Shown here piece by piece: positions 30,913-40,165 of a DNA stretch of 64,000 nucleotides. Source of the stretch: Candidatus Poribacteria bacterium (GTDB lineage Bacteria > Poribacteria > WGA-4E > PCPOR2b). The position numbers and the translations under genes are program-made. Below the pieces are notes generated by a model, which did not search any database, was not told where the DNA came from, and saw only the letters and a list, made by a program, of their open reading frames with translations. How positions within the stretch are numbered: the first letter of the stretch is position 1; each line of letters begins with the position of its first letter. The stretch spans positions 416,001 to 480,000 of the forward strand of contig OZ242326.1 of assembly GCA_965208325.1 (NCBI GenBank), written 5' to 3'.

Positions 30913-31328
30913 TTAGGTATCTGTTGGAAACATCAACATGCAGTTATCTCATGGCCAATCATACACGGGTCAAAGATTGTCTCACATCGGCTCAAATCAC
31001 CGATTATCCCTTCACCTGTCCGATTGTGCGTGGTGAAATCCTATTTGGTATCGAACTGTTGCCCGCCGGACGTAGACGACAATCTTTAGAGGATCAAGCC
31101 AACAATCTGTTTTCTGGACTGATATGCGACCCAATTCCAGAAAGGGCAGGTGATTTCTACGCAAAGATAAAACGTGCGGCGCAAGAACTGGGTACGCCGT
31201 TAGATGAATGCGACCTCTGGATTGTTGCGACAGCCCTAGCGTTAGATGCAATTATGATAACCTCTGACAGCGATTTTCATCGGGTACAGGGATTGTTTGG
31301 ATTTCAGTTAGAAGATTGGACGACCTAA
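30909..31328 (+). CDS. vapC: PIN-domain (VapC-like) toxin
   Basis: YLLETS, RGEILFG, DLWIVATAL, ITSDSDF, LEDW. Confidence 0.85.
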   Translation: MIRYLLETSTCSYLMANHTRVKDCLTSAQITDYPFTCPIVRGEILFGIELLPAGRRRQSLEDQANNLFSGLICDPIPERAGDFYAKIKRAAQELGTPLDECDLWIVATALALDAIMITSDSDFHRVQGLFGFQLEDWTT

Positions 31329-31535
31329 CAGAAGTGGAGGCGGGTGCAATTGTCTGTATCAGCGGCAATCAGACAATTACACTCAATGGCGATGGCTGAA
31401 AGAATTGCGTAGGAAAAAATAAAATCTGTCAAATTTTGTAAAGTTTTGTCAAATTTGGATTTTTGAGTTTTGTCTCCATTCTTATCTAGCTCTGTTGAAA
31501 TGTCAACAGAACCTAAACAGGTTACCAAATAAAAT

Positions 31536-32351
31536 ATGGACTATTTTTACATCAACACCAACCAAAGCAATGCCCCCGACCAATTCCCCGTTTGGTTAGA
31601 CAACAACATGGCATTCGCACATGGCGAGGACTGGGGGAAACAACTCAATAACCTCTCACCTGGCGATATCTGTCTGATGTATATTAGCGGGCAAGGCGTG
31701 AAAGCAGTGGGCGAAATACTCAAAAATCGGGATAAGACACCGTATCGCAAGCACATGATTCGCAGGAAAGAGAGACTCCTTGCAAACGAATATCGTATTG
31801 ATGTCCTTTGGTATCTTGTACTCCCAAAACCAATTACGCCCGAAGTGCTCAGAAACAGGTATGGGCTTGAACCTTGGATTGGCACTGCTAGGCGCATCGT
31901 AAAGAATAGGCATAAAGCCGAAGAACTGATTCGCCACCTGGAGGAAGAATACACGCGAATCCCACAGGAAGTTGACGAGAACGAAATCGCTGAATCATAT
32001 CGAGAAGGCAATCTACGCCAAATCACCGTCAACGCCCATGAACGCAATCAGAAAGCCAGAGCAAAGTGTATTGCTCATTTCGGATGCTATTGTGCTGTCT
32101 GTGGTTTCAATTTTGAGGCAAAGTATGGCGATGTGGGAAAAGGCGTTATTGAGGTGCACCACATGATGCCATTGTCTCAAATCAGTGGCGAATACGAAGT
32201 TGACCCTGTCAAAGATTTGATACCTGTCTGTTCCAACTGCCACACGATCATACATAAACAAAAACCGCCATACGACGTTAAAGAAGCTAAAGCATTTGGC
32301 TCTTCAGAGTTAAGTGTGGTAATGAGCTTAGCTATAGGAATGCCACAATGA
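31536..32351 (+). CDS. HNH endonuclease (McrA-like, putative type IV restriction) with N-terminal EVE/PUA-like region; last 17 codons derive from the ISL3
   Basis: ERNQKARAKC, CAVCGF, IEVHH, DLIPVCSNCHTIIH; N-terminal LSPGDICLMYISGQGVKAVGEI. Confidence 0.85.
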   Translation: MDYFYINTNQSNAPDQFPVWLDNNMAFAHGEDWGKQLNNLSPGDICLMYISGQGVKAVGEILKNRDKTPYRKHMIRRKERLLANEYRIDVLWYLVLPKPITPEVLRNRYGLEPWIGTARRIVKNRHKAEELIRHLEEEYTRIPQEVDENEIAESYREGNLRQITVNAHERNQKARAKCIAHFGCYCAVCGFNFEAKYGDVGKGVIEVHHMMPLSQISGEYEVDPVKDLIPVCSNCHTIIHKQKPPYDVKEAKAFGSSELSVVMSLAIGMPQ

Positions 32352-33611
32352 CACGGATTCGGAAATGCTCAAAGTTGCGAAACCCAAAAGCCCGGCGCTT
32401 GATGAGCTTGATTTTATTGTTAATGCCTTCGACGATGCCACTAGTCGTACGGTGGCAAAAGTAATTGGCAATTTGGTGCTCCCAGTTTGCTAGTGTCCGA
32501 CGGAATTGTGGAAACAACCCCGCTTTCTCAGCAATAAGGCTCCACTTCCGCAGGCGCTTAATCGCCTTTTCTTTAGTGGACTTACACTCGAAGATATGTC
32601 GCAAACACTCCTTGAGCCGATGAGCCGTCTTGACCAAAGGCGACACCTGATAAACGTGTTCAAGCACCGCTTGCTGCTTATCGGTTAAATCTTGACGATT
32701 CTTTAACAGCGCATAATGAGCACCTTGCAGTATTTGGGGGTGCGCCTGCTTTTGCTGATTCTTCAACAGCTTGAGTTCCCGGTTGACCGCTTGCATCACA
32801 TGAAACCGGTCGGCAGTAATCACCGCGTGGGGCAACAATTCAGCACAGACCGTATCATAGGGATTCCACATGTCGATGGCGACTTCTTGAATTTGTGCAC
32901 GCTCACAAGGCGATACCTGTTCAAGTCGCGCCCTAAGTTTCTCTTGGGTTCGCGCTTTGAGCACATCAACGACCCCTTTTGTGTCCAGATTCGTCAGAAT
33001 CAAAGCGAAGTCTCCTCTTCCTTTACGCAACGCAATTTCATCAATACCCAAACGTTTGAGATTGGCAAAGGGAGTTAAGGGAATGCGACATCTCGCTTCG
33101 TGGAGGAAGATGCTTTCAATCTGGTCATAAGTCAGTCCTTCAGCACGGTGTACCGCGCTGATGTTGTTCTCTCGAACTTGGCGGAATATCCAATCCTGAT
33201 AACGATGGGTGTAATCGCGTCGCTCGTCGACAAAGCTTAGGGATTCAGAGAACACTCGGTGACAATCTTGACAAAAGAATCGTCGTCTGATAAAGCGAAG
33301 ATAAGTCGGCTTGCCACTGATAGGAAGGTCGCGAACGATGCGAGGGTGTCTTTCGTGCAACGTTTTTGAGGTTTTGCCACAGTGAGAGCATGCCACTGTC
33401 TGAGATACCGATTCAATGTCCAACGTGATTTTATCGCTCCTAATATCGGCAGAAATCACTTGGTAGCTGGGAATGTCGAGCAACTGTGTTAAAAGGGTAT
33501 ACATCGCAGACTCCAGAACTATATCGGGGATTATTGAAATCAACTTACACGCATAGGAAAAACGTAATTGCATAAAGCAAGTTTCATTCCCACACTTAAC
33601 CCTGAAGAACC
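32298..33611 (-). mobile_element. ISL3-family insertion sequence, 1314 bp
   Basis: TIRs GGCTCTTCAGAGTTAAGTGTGGTAATGA / GGTTCTTCAGGGTTAAGTGTGGGAATGA; 8-bp target duplication AAGCATTT (32290-32297 and 33612-33619). Confidence 0.95.
32332..33504 (-). CDS. ISL3-family transposase, apparently intact
   Basis: CSHC/CQDC zinc finger, LGIDE, VAIDM, DRFHV, TSGIVEGINNKIKLIKRRAFGFRNF. Confidence 0.95.
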   Translation of the reverse strand: MYTLLTQLLDIPSYQVISADIRSDKITLDIESVSQTVACSHCGKTSKTLHERHPRIVRDLPISGKPTYLRFIRRRFFCQDCHRVFSESLSFVDERRDYTHRYQDWIFRQVRENNISAVHRAEGLTYDQIESIFLHEARCRIPLTPFANLKRLGIDEIALRKGRGDFALILTNLDTKGVVDVLKARTQEKLRARLEQVSPCERAQIQEVAIDMWNPYDTVCAELLPHAVITADRFHVMQAVNRELKLLKNQQKQAHPQILQGAHYALLKNRQDLTDKQQAVLEHVYQVSPLVKTAHRLKECLRHIFECKSTKEKAIKRLRKWSLIAEKAGLFPQFRRTLANWEHQIANYFCHRTTSGIVEGINNKIKLIKRRAFGFRNFEHFRIRVIVAFL

Positions 33612-33762
33612 AAGCATTTTTGAAGTAAGCGACAGATGATATTTAAAGCGCCATCACGTCGAAAAATCTGGGACAGTTTTTGTTGGTTGGGTTTCGTTAC
33701 GCCAAACAAATCTTGAACACAATTATAGTCATTTAGGTTCATATTTACACAAGGAGGAATCG

Positions 33763-33840
33763 GCTGATTGACAATCGAGGCTAGGAAGCCTCTCCCACAA
33801 TCCAATGAGTAAATGTATAATTTTTAGTCGCAATGGCTAT
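33763..33840 (-). repeat. 78-bp repeat, right member of an inverted pair (mate 22754-22831)
   Basis: Reverse complement of 22754-22831; its core AATCGRGGCTAGGAAGCCYCTCCCACA also occurs at 47761-47787. Confidence 0.85.
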
Positions 33841-33841
33841 G

Positions 33842-34190
33842 GAATGTGCGGACGATGGTGTGAAAGCGGGAAGGCTAAAGCGTTTGGGGTGAAGTTAGAC
33901 AGGACGTTTGACGTGCCGCTTACTGATGGCTAACACGGTAGCCGATATTACCAAACGAAGCCAAAACCAACCCAAATCGCCCAGTAGGAAGATAGCACAC
34001 ACAGCGCACCGCTGGCAAACAGCGAATGATCCTTTTTTACGAAACGAACCCAAAACGAAGCCAATCGTGATGGTTTTTTCAATCCGTGTCATCCTTAAAT
34101 TTGCGGCAATCCGCAATTCAGACAATGGCGATGGACGAAAGAATTGCATAGGATAAAATAAAATCTGTCAAATTTTGTAAACTTTTTTCA
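33842..34190 (+). repeat. Composite non-coding repeat; a second copy is split as 30367-30547 + 31384-31456
   Basis: Shared GAATGTGCGGA...GGGAAGGCTAAAGC.TTTGGGGTGA.GTTAGACAGG...ACGAAGCCAATCGTGATGG...ATTCAGACAATG|GCGATGG...AAAATCTGTCAAATTTTGTAAA. Confidence 0.8.
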
Positions 34191-34196
34191 AATATC

Positions 34197-34386
34197 AAAT
34201 AGGAGTTACGCAGTTGAACGTTCAAAGGTTCGTAGTAGGGATCAAGGGAGCGAATAGCGACTGCGATTGGAATCCTCTTTATTGCTCGTTTCTACATAAA
34301 ACAATATGTCAGGTCAAGAAAGTGAATGACCTGCCGGACGCGCAATAATTTGCGCTACTACAAACTGAACCGCGTAAGTCCTATTT
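34197..34386. mobile_element. MITE-like element with TAGGACTTACGC-type ends
   Basis: TIRs AAATAGGAGTTACGCAGTT / AACCGCGTAAGTCCTATTT (2 mismatches in 19); lone related ends at ~21626 and ~22329. Confidence 0.7.
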
Positions 34387-34515
34387 AGATTAGCGGTGAA
34401 AACTGCTTGGTTTTACCCTGCGCCGAGATTCGTCACCTCTATCTTCCTCGGTGCTCAAAGACCAAAGCTAATCCGCTTCAATGAATAGTCGAAATTTCAG
34501 AAACTTGACACCTAT

Positions 34516-35907
34516 ATGACAGATCAAACTAAGTTCGATGATTTGAAGAGCATTATTGCACCGGCGTGCATATCTCAGGAGCCGGAGGACTTAGCACTTC
34601 ACAGTTGTGACTGGTGGCCCGTAGCTATCAAACGGCGGCAACAAGGCAGGACCCCGATGCGCCCGGAGCTAGTCGTGCGCCCTAGGAATCAAGACGAGGT
34701 ATCAAGGCTTCTCGCTTGGGCGAATCAGCGGGGTGTAGCGGTTACCCCGTGGGGAGCCGGTTCCGCCGTGACCGGTGCGCCCCTCCCTACACAGGGGGGC
34801 ATCTCTTTGGACCTTTCAAGAATGAATCGAACGCTCCACATTGATTCGACTAATCTTCTTGTCCGCGTTGAAGCCGGCAAGATTGGAATTCAATTGGAAC
34901 AAGAACTGAACGAGAAGGGTTTCACGCTAAACCATTCCCCGCAGTCGCTGAATCGATCGAGCGTAGGCGGATGGCTGTCGACGCGCTCCAGTGGACAATT
35001 CTCGAGCCGTTGGGGCAATATAGAAGATTTGTGCATTTCCTTTACAGTCGTGCTAGCCAACGGCGAAATTCTAACAATGCCCCAAACGCCTCGCGCCGCC
35101 GTTGGGCCGGACCTTCGCCATATTTTCATTGGTGCTGAAGGTACCTCTGGTGTAATCACTGAAGTTAGTCTCAAGATGTTTCCGCTTCCGGAAACTCGCC
35201 GCTACGAGAGTATCCGTTTTCCCAAACTTCATCAAGGCCTCAATGCCGTGCGGCAAATTATGCAGGCTGGTTTGCGTCCGTTTCTAGTCCGTTTGTATGA
35301 CGCCGATGAATCAAAGCATGTCATGGCAGACGAGCGATTTGCTGATTCCGTTTTGTTTGTCGGATGTGAAGGTATCCGGGAAGTTGCCATGGCTGAGATG
35401 AATGCCGCTGTTGACATCTGCCTACGGAGCGGCGGGGAAGCCATTGGTCCAGGTCCAGCAGAATCCTGGATGCAGCGGCGTTTTGATTTCTCGGCGTTTG
35501 AGCGCACGCTAGACTTGCCCGGCGGAATTGCTGAGACCGTTGAGGTGTCGCACTTGTGGGGCGAGGTGGAGCACACGTATTGCGTAATGAAGGAGGCATT
35601 GCGCCCCTTTGTTGATGAGGTACTGTGCCATTTTTCCCACGCCTATCCCCAAGGCACATCGCTTTACCTAATTCTCTTCGGGCAGGCTGTGGATGACCGA
35701 GCGGCAGAAAACACTATTCTACGGATTTGGGACGTGGCTATGGAGGCTGCTCTGCGCAAGGGCGCCGCCATCTCGCACCATCACGGGATTGGATACGCGC
35801 GACGAAAATATGTCGCACCGTATTTGGGCAGCGGATACAAAATGATTCAACAGTTGAAGGAGGCGGTTGACCCGAACGGAATCATGAATCCCGGTAAATT
35901 GGTTTAA
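34516..35907 (+). CDS. FAD-linked oxidoreductase (alkyl-DHAP synthase/GlcD-like)
   Basis: PWGAGSAVTG, HSPQS, SVGGWLSTRSSGQ, GAEGTSGVIT, SHHHGIG, DPNGIMNPGK. Confidence 0.9.
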   Translation: MTDQTKFDDLKSIIAPACISQEPEDLALHSCDWWPVAIKRRQQGRTPMRPELVVRPRNQDEVSRLLAWANQRGVAVTPWGAGSAVTGAPLPTQGGISLDLSRMNRTLHIDSTNLLVRVEAGKIGIQLEQELNEKGFTLNHSPQSLNRSSVGGWLSTRSSGQFSSRWGNIEDLCISFTVVLANGEILTMPQTPRAAVGPDLRHIFIGAEGTSGVITEVSLKMFPLPETRRYESIRFPKLHQGLNAVRQIMQAGLRPFLVRLYDADESKHVMADERFADSVLFVGCEGIREVAMAEMNAAVDICLRSGGEAIGPGPAESWMQRRFDFSAFERTLDLPGGIAETVEVSHLWGEVEHTYCVMKEALRPFVDEVLCHFSHAYPQGTSLYLILFGQAVDDRAAENTILRIWDVAMEAALRKGAAISHHHGIGYARRKYVAPYLGSGYKMIQQLKEAVDPNGIMNPGKLV

Positions 35908-35912
35908 AAGGA

Positions 35913-36554
35913 GTGAATTCAATGAATTTAGAGGCAATTGCCGCAGAGATGAGCGATGTTAGTGAAAAATTAGTCGTGACAGGCATGGTGCATCTGCTTG
36001 GCGGCAATTTTAGTGTGCGTGACGGTGAAAGGATGGCAATTACAGGACATCGGTCAGCGAAGAGGCACCTATCAGGAGACGATTTGTTCGTTGCCGACGT
36101 AAACAGCGATAAATCGGTTGAGGGTGCTTCTTCGACGTTGGACATGCATAGAGCCATATTCAGGATGACGGACGCCGACGCTATTATTCATGCGCACCCA
36201 TACTACGCGACATTACTCTCATATTATACCGATGTCATCTGCCCGATTGATGAGAACAACATCTATTACCTCGGGGAACGGGTTTATTGTATCCAATCTG
36301 AAGGATACATGAAATGGGCATTGCTTGCGGATCAGATGGCGGAGTTACTTACCCGAAGTCCGGCGGCAGTCTTAAAATGGCACGGCAGTTTTGCGATTGG
36401 CGACTCTCTTGCGGAGGCGTTTAATCACACTCAGGCGCTTGAACAAGCATCTCGGTTCATATTGGATACACGTCGGCTCAAGCCGCACCTAGGGTCCCCC
36501 GATTTGCCCGATTACGCCAAGTACAGTTCTTTTGAGGAGTCGGGAAAATCCTAA
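35913..36554 (+). CDS. Class II aldolase/adducin family protein
   Basis: GGNFSVR, MHRAIF, IIHAHP, LKWHG. Confidence 0.9.
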   Translation: MNSMNLEAIAAEMSDVSEKLVVTGMVHLLGGNFSVRDGERMAITGHRSAKRHLSGDDLFVADVNSDKSVEGASSTLDMHRAIFRMTDADAIIHAHPYYATLLSYYTDVICPIDENNIYYLGERVYCIQSEGYMKWALLADQMAELLTRSPAAVLKWHGSFAIGDSLAEAFNHTQALEQASRFILDTRRLKPHLGSPDLPDYAKYSSFEESGKS

Positions 36555-36573
36555 TTGCCTAGATAGATAGGAA

Positions 36574-37986
36574 ATGACAATCGATATAAACAGCAATCCT
36601 GCAACGCTAGTTTTGGACGTGGGCAAAACCAACGTCAAACTGCTGGTCATGAGCAAGACTGGGCATGTCATTGACGATGTAAGATTAGACAATCAATCGC
36701 TTGATGCACCGCCGTATCCTCATTTGGACACAGAACGCGTTTGGCGGTGGCTGTTGGAAACGGCGAGCGGGTTTGCCAAAAAATATACAATTGATGCCAT
36801 CGTACCGACGACCCACGGGTGCGCGGCAGCGCTAGTAGGCGCCGGCGAGTTGGTTCTACCCATCCTTGACTATGAAGCAGAAATACCGGAAGATTCAGTG
36901 GAGGCGTTTCGCGCGGTCATGCCTACGTTCGAGGAGACCCAATCCCCGGATTTGCCCGGTGGTTTGAGTCTAGGTCGGCAACTGTTTTGGTTGCAGCGGG
37001 ATTTTCCGGATGAATTTGCGCGAGCAGAGTGGGTGCTCACTTATCCTCAATACTGGGCGTGGCGGTTGAGCGGCGTTGCGGCAAGCGAGGTTACTTCAAT
37101 TAGTTGTCACAGCCACCTGTGGCGTCCGCAAACCCGGTCATTTTCCAAGCTCGTGGAAGCACAGGGTTGGTACCGTCTGTTTCCACCAATTCGTCCTGCG
37201 TATGATGCGCTGGCGCCAATTCTTACTCAGGTTGCGCAGGCGGCGGGCATTTCTCCCGAGTGCAGGATATACAACGGTATTCACGATGCCAATGCCGCTT
37301 ACAGCCTCTTTCTGAGAGGATATACTGAACCTTTTAGTCTTCTGTCTACGGGAACTTGGGTCGTCCTGATTAACCCTAACCTACCCATAGCACGACTGAA
37401 TGAGCATCGGGACACCATGGCATTGGCTGACCTTAACGGCAAGCCAGTACCTATGGGACGTTTCATGGGCGGCAGGGAGTTTGAAATTTTGAGCGCAGAC
37501 GTTGGCGCTACCAAAGAATTTTCGGAGGCGGACGTAAGAAGTGTAATTGCCAAACGCAGTTATCTGCTGCCGTCTTTCGCTGCGGGCGGCCCATATATGG
37601 GGCAGCGCGGTTCGGAAATTGGGCGGCAGGTTAGCGCTAGCGGCGAAATACTTGCGCGCGCGACGCTGTATTTGGCGATGATGACCATGACGAGCGCGCG
37701 TATTCTCGAAATGGACGGCGATCTGATAATTACGGGCGGGTTTGTCAACAACCCGTGGTATTGCCGGTTAGTAGCAACATTGACAAGGTGCCGGCGTTGT
37801 TTTGTCGATCATCAGTCTGAAAGCACAGCGCTTGGGGCGGGCATGTTGCCCGTATGGAACGATGACGATATTCAATGGCTGCTTGATTTGACACCCGTAG
37901 AAAAATTCCACGATACAGACCTCTTCCAGTACGCCGAAGAGTGGCAACAATTGACCAACTTACAAGCAGCCGACGGCGCCAAGTAA
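36574..37986 (+). CDS. FGGY-family carbohydrate kinase (fuculo/rhamnulokinase-like)
   Basis: VLDVGKTN, PTTHG, GIHDANAA, STGTW, RFMGGREF. Confidence 0.88.
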   Translation: MTIDINSNPATLVLDVGKTNVKLLVMSKTGHVIDDVRLDNQSLDAPPYPHLDTERVWRWLLETASGFAKKYTIDAIVPTTHGCAAALVGAGELVLPILDYEAEIPEDSVEAFRAVMPTFEETQSPDLPGGLSLGRQLFWLQRDFPDEFARAEWVLTYPQYWAWRLSGVAASEVTSISCHSHLWRPQTRSFSKLVEAQGWYRLFPPIRPAYDALAPILTQVAQAAGISPECRIYNGIHDANAAYSLFLRGYTEPFSLLSTGTWVVLINPNLPIARLNEHRDTMALADLNGKPVPMGRFMGGREFEILSADVGATKEFSEADVRSVIAKRSYLLPSFAAGGPYMGQRGSEIGRQVSASGEILARATLYLAMMTMTSARILEMDGDLIITGGFVNNPWYCRLVATLTRCRRCFVDHQSESTALGAGMLPVWNDDDIQWLLDLTPVEKFHDTDLFQYAEEWQQLTNLQAADGAK

Positions 37987-38142
37987 GGCAAAAAAGGCGA
38001 GCCATAGTTTAAAATCTTCCTTCGTGTTACCGTAAATCGCACAGCCTTAAATGGTCGGCTAAGACCGGTCTACATCAACGGCGGCCGAGATTCCACGCAA
38101 AACGGCGCAATCAATTAAATAACAACCGTTAGTGGGCATTTC

Positions 38143-38895
38143 ATGGAATTACAAGAAGCTATTGACCACCTCGACACCTACGGCTACTGTCTTCTCGAAA
38201 ATCTCATTTCCGTTGAAGGTGCGGATTGCATGGCGGAGAAGTATTTCCGGCTTCATGAAGACCCTGCCAATCGGCGGTTGTTTCAAGATCCTAACGCTGA
38301 ATTGTACCAAACGCTGTTCAGCGTGATTAACTTGGATGAAATGTGTTGGGACTGCATCGTACATCCACAGGTACTCGCCGTTGTGCGACACTTCTTGGGC
38401 GAGAACGCGCGGTCCTCAGGACAGGGGAGCACGAAATGGGTAAAGCCGGGCGCGCTGATGGGCGGATTGCATGTAGACTCCGCACACGACTTGCCGCCGA
38501 GATTACCAGATATTCCGTGGATGATTAACACGATTTGGATGATAACAGACTTCACGGAAGACAACGGAGCAACAATCGTTGTACCGTTCAGCCATAGGAC
38601 AAGGCGAAGGCCTTTACCGGGGATAAGTCCCTCGGACATGTGTTCGCTGCCCGTTACCGGACGCCGCGGTTCAGTCGTGCTTTGGCAGGGCGGTACGTGG
38701 CACGCCAATGGCGCAAACACATCGCATGACAATCACCGAATGGGACTGAACTTCGCCTACTTTCCGCCGTGGTGGAATCAGGGACGCGAAGGCGCGCATA
38801 CAGTTTTACCCGAGGTGTTCGAACGGATGCCAAAAACTCTTCAAGATTTGTGCCGTCATAGGGTCGGTAAAGCACGGTCTGAGGCGCGTGGATGA
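38143..38895 (+). CDS. PhyH family Fe(II)/2OG oxygenase
   Basis: LDTYGY, LHVD, FTEDNGAT..VPFSH, WHANGAN. Confidence 0.9.
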   Translation: MELQEAIDHLDTYGYCLLENLISVEGADCMAEKYFRLHEDPANRRLFQDPNAELYQTLFSVINLDEMCWDCIVHPQVLAVVRHFLGENARSSGQGSTKWVKPGALMGGLHVDSAHDLPPRLPDIPWMINTIWMITDFTEDNGATIVVPFSHRTRRRPLPGISPSDMCSLPVTGRRGSVVLWQGGTWHANGANTSHDNHRMGLNFAYFPPWWNQGREGAHTVLPEVFERMPKTLQDLCRHRVGKARSEARG

Positions 38896-38968
38896 GCGGT
38901 TGGCGGATTGTCCGCACTGAGAAATTGCCTGAAAAACGGTCTCACAGGGCGTTATGTAATTTCTCTCC

Positions 38969-38998
38969 TTGATCGCCGCTGCAATTTTGTGCTATAAT
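38969..38998 (+). promoter_or_regulatory. Putative sigma70 promoter upstream of the LamG gene
   Basis: TTGATC-N18-TATAAT with extended -10 TG. Confidence 0.5.
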
Positions 38999-39120
38999 AC
39001 AGCCGTTAAGCACAGCTCAATTAAGTTGCTTGGCAAATAAGAACATCTTGATGTTTTTCCCGAGCAGTTTTAACCTGCTTTCCAGCAGCCAACCGGACAT
39101 GTCAAATGGAGGTCATAACT

Positions 39121-39897
39121 ATGAGAACCACAGTCAGGTATCTAATGTTGGTATCGGTCGGTTTAATCCTCTTAGGACTGATATTCACCTCACACAATTA
39201 CGCCCAGGTTAACCCAGATTCCTTTGCCGGGCTTTGGACCTTTGATGAAGGAGAAGGCAATGAAGCAAAAGATTCTTCAGGCAACGGAAATGATGGGGAG
39301 TTTGTGGGCAACCCCGCTTGGGTCGAGGGGAAATTCGGCAACGCCTTACAGTTTGATGGCTCAAATCATGTTGATTGCGGCGACTCCCGCTCACTAGATA
39401 TTGACGGCGAGGGACTAACACTAATGGCGTGGGTAAAGCCAAACACAACACAGGGGTTGGATGGAATAATTGAAAAAGAGTGCGGCGCTAATGCCGGTTA
39501 CAATCTCTATTTGGATAACGGCAAAATCCATTTCAGGATGTTTGCCGGCGGGAATGTCGCTGTAGATGCTGTCGATGGGGTTCCCAACAATTCATGGTCG
39601 CATATCGCCGCGGTCTATGACGGTTCTAAGATGAAAGTTTACATCGACGGCGAATTTAACGCCGAAAGAGATCAAAGCGGTAATATAACGACTAATGATA
39701 TCAAGTTAGCAATTGGTGCAAGCAGCGAGTGCGGGCGGGGGTACGATGGCGCCATCGACGAAGTCGCTATATTAAACATTGCCTTGTCCGAAGATGAGAT
39801 AAGCGATGTTATGAAGAATAGGTTTCCAGGCGTAAACGCCGTTTCGCCCAACGAAAAACTCGCAACGACCTGGGGACGGCTAAAGGCCGATGGCTAG
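39121..39897 (+). CDS. Secreted LamG/concanavalin A-like domain protein
   Basis: Signal peptide; GLWTFDEG, GKFGNALQFDG, WSHIAAVYDG, GAIDEVAI; C-terminal AVSPNEKLATTWGRLKA; GGAGG RBS before ATG 39121. Confidence 0.9.
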   Translation: MRTTVRYLMLVSVGLILLGLIFTSHNYAQVNPDSFAGLWTFDEGEGNEAKDSSGNGNDGEFVGNPAWVEGKFGNALQFDGSNHVDCGDSRSLDIDGEGLTLMAWVKPNTTQGLDGIIEKECGANAGYNLYLDNGKIHFRMFAGGNVAVDAVDGVPNNSWSHIAAVYDGSKMKVYIDGEFNAERDQSGNITTNDIKLAIGASSECGRGYDGAIDEVAILNIALSEDEISDVMKNRFPGVNAVSPNEKLATTWGRLKADG

Positions 39898-40165
39898 AAC
39901 GGGCGAAGGGATATTTGAACATCTCAATGGCGAAATCCGCCGCTAGGCGGTTCTAATTTAGGGCGCGATTTTGCGCGCCGGAATTCAGAGTTATCGCCGC
40001 ATACGCGCCCCGAATTGTCCATGAACTCTGACTCTCAAGTGTTCGTTGTTCTGAATGGGACTGCTATCCGGTTCGGAACAGCGGACACGTATTTTAAACT
40101 GGAAAGACTATCGGTTTATGAGGCGGTACGGCGATTGAAATTCAATACAGCGAATTAGAAAGACA

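Noticed and set aside
28160..33900. Integron cassette array (GTTRRRY at ~28164, ~30419, ~33894; ACCTAAC at the PIN stop)
   Set aside because: No intI in the window, and I could not pair R''/R' boxes into attC hairpins; such 7-mers are common. IntegronFinder would settle it
21400..34400. CRISPR array among the intergenic repeats
   Set aside because: No regularly spaced identical repeats with unique spacers and no cas genes; the repeats are REP/MITE-like
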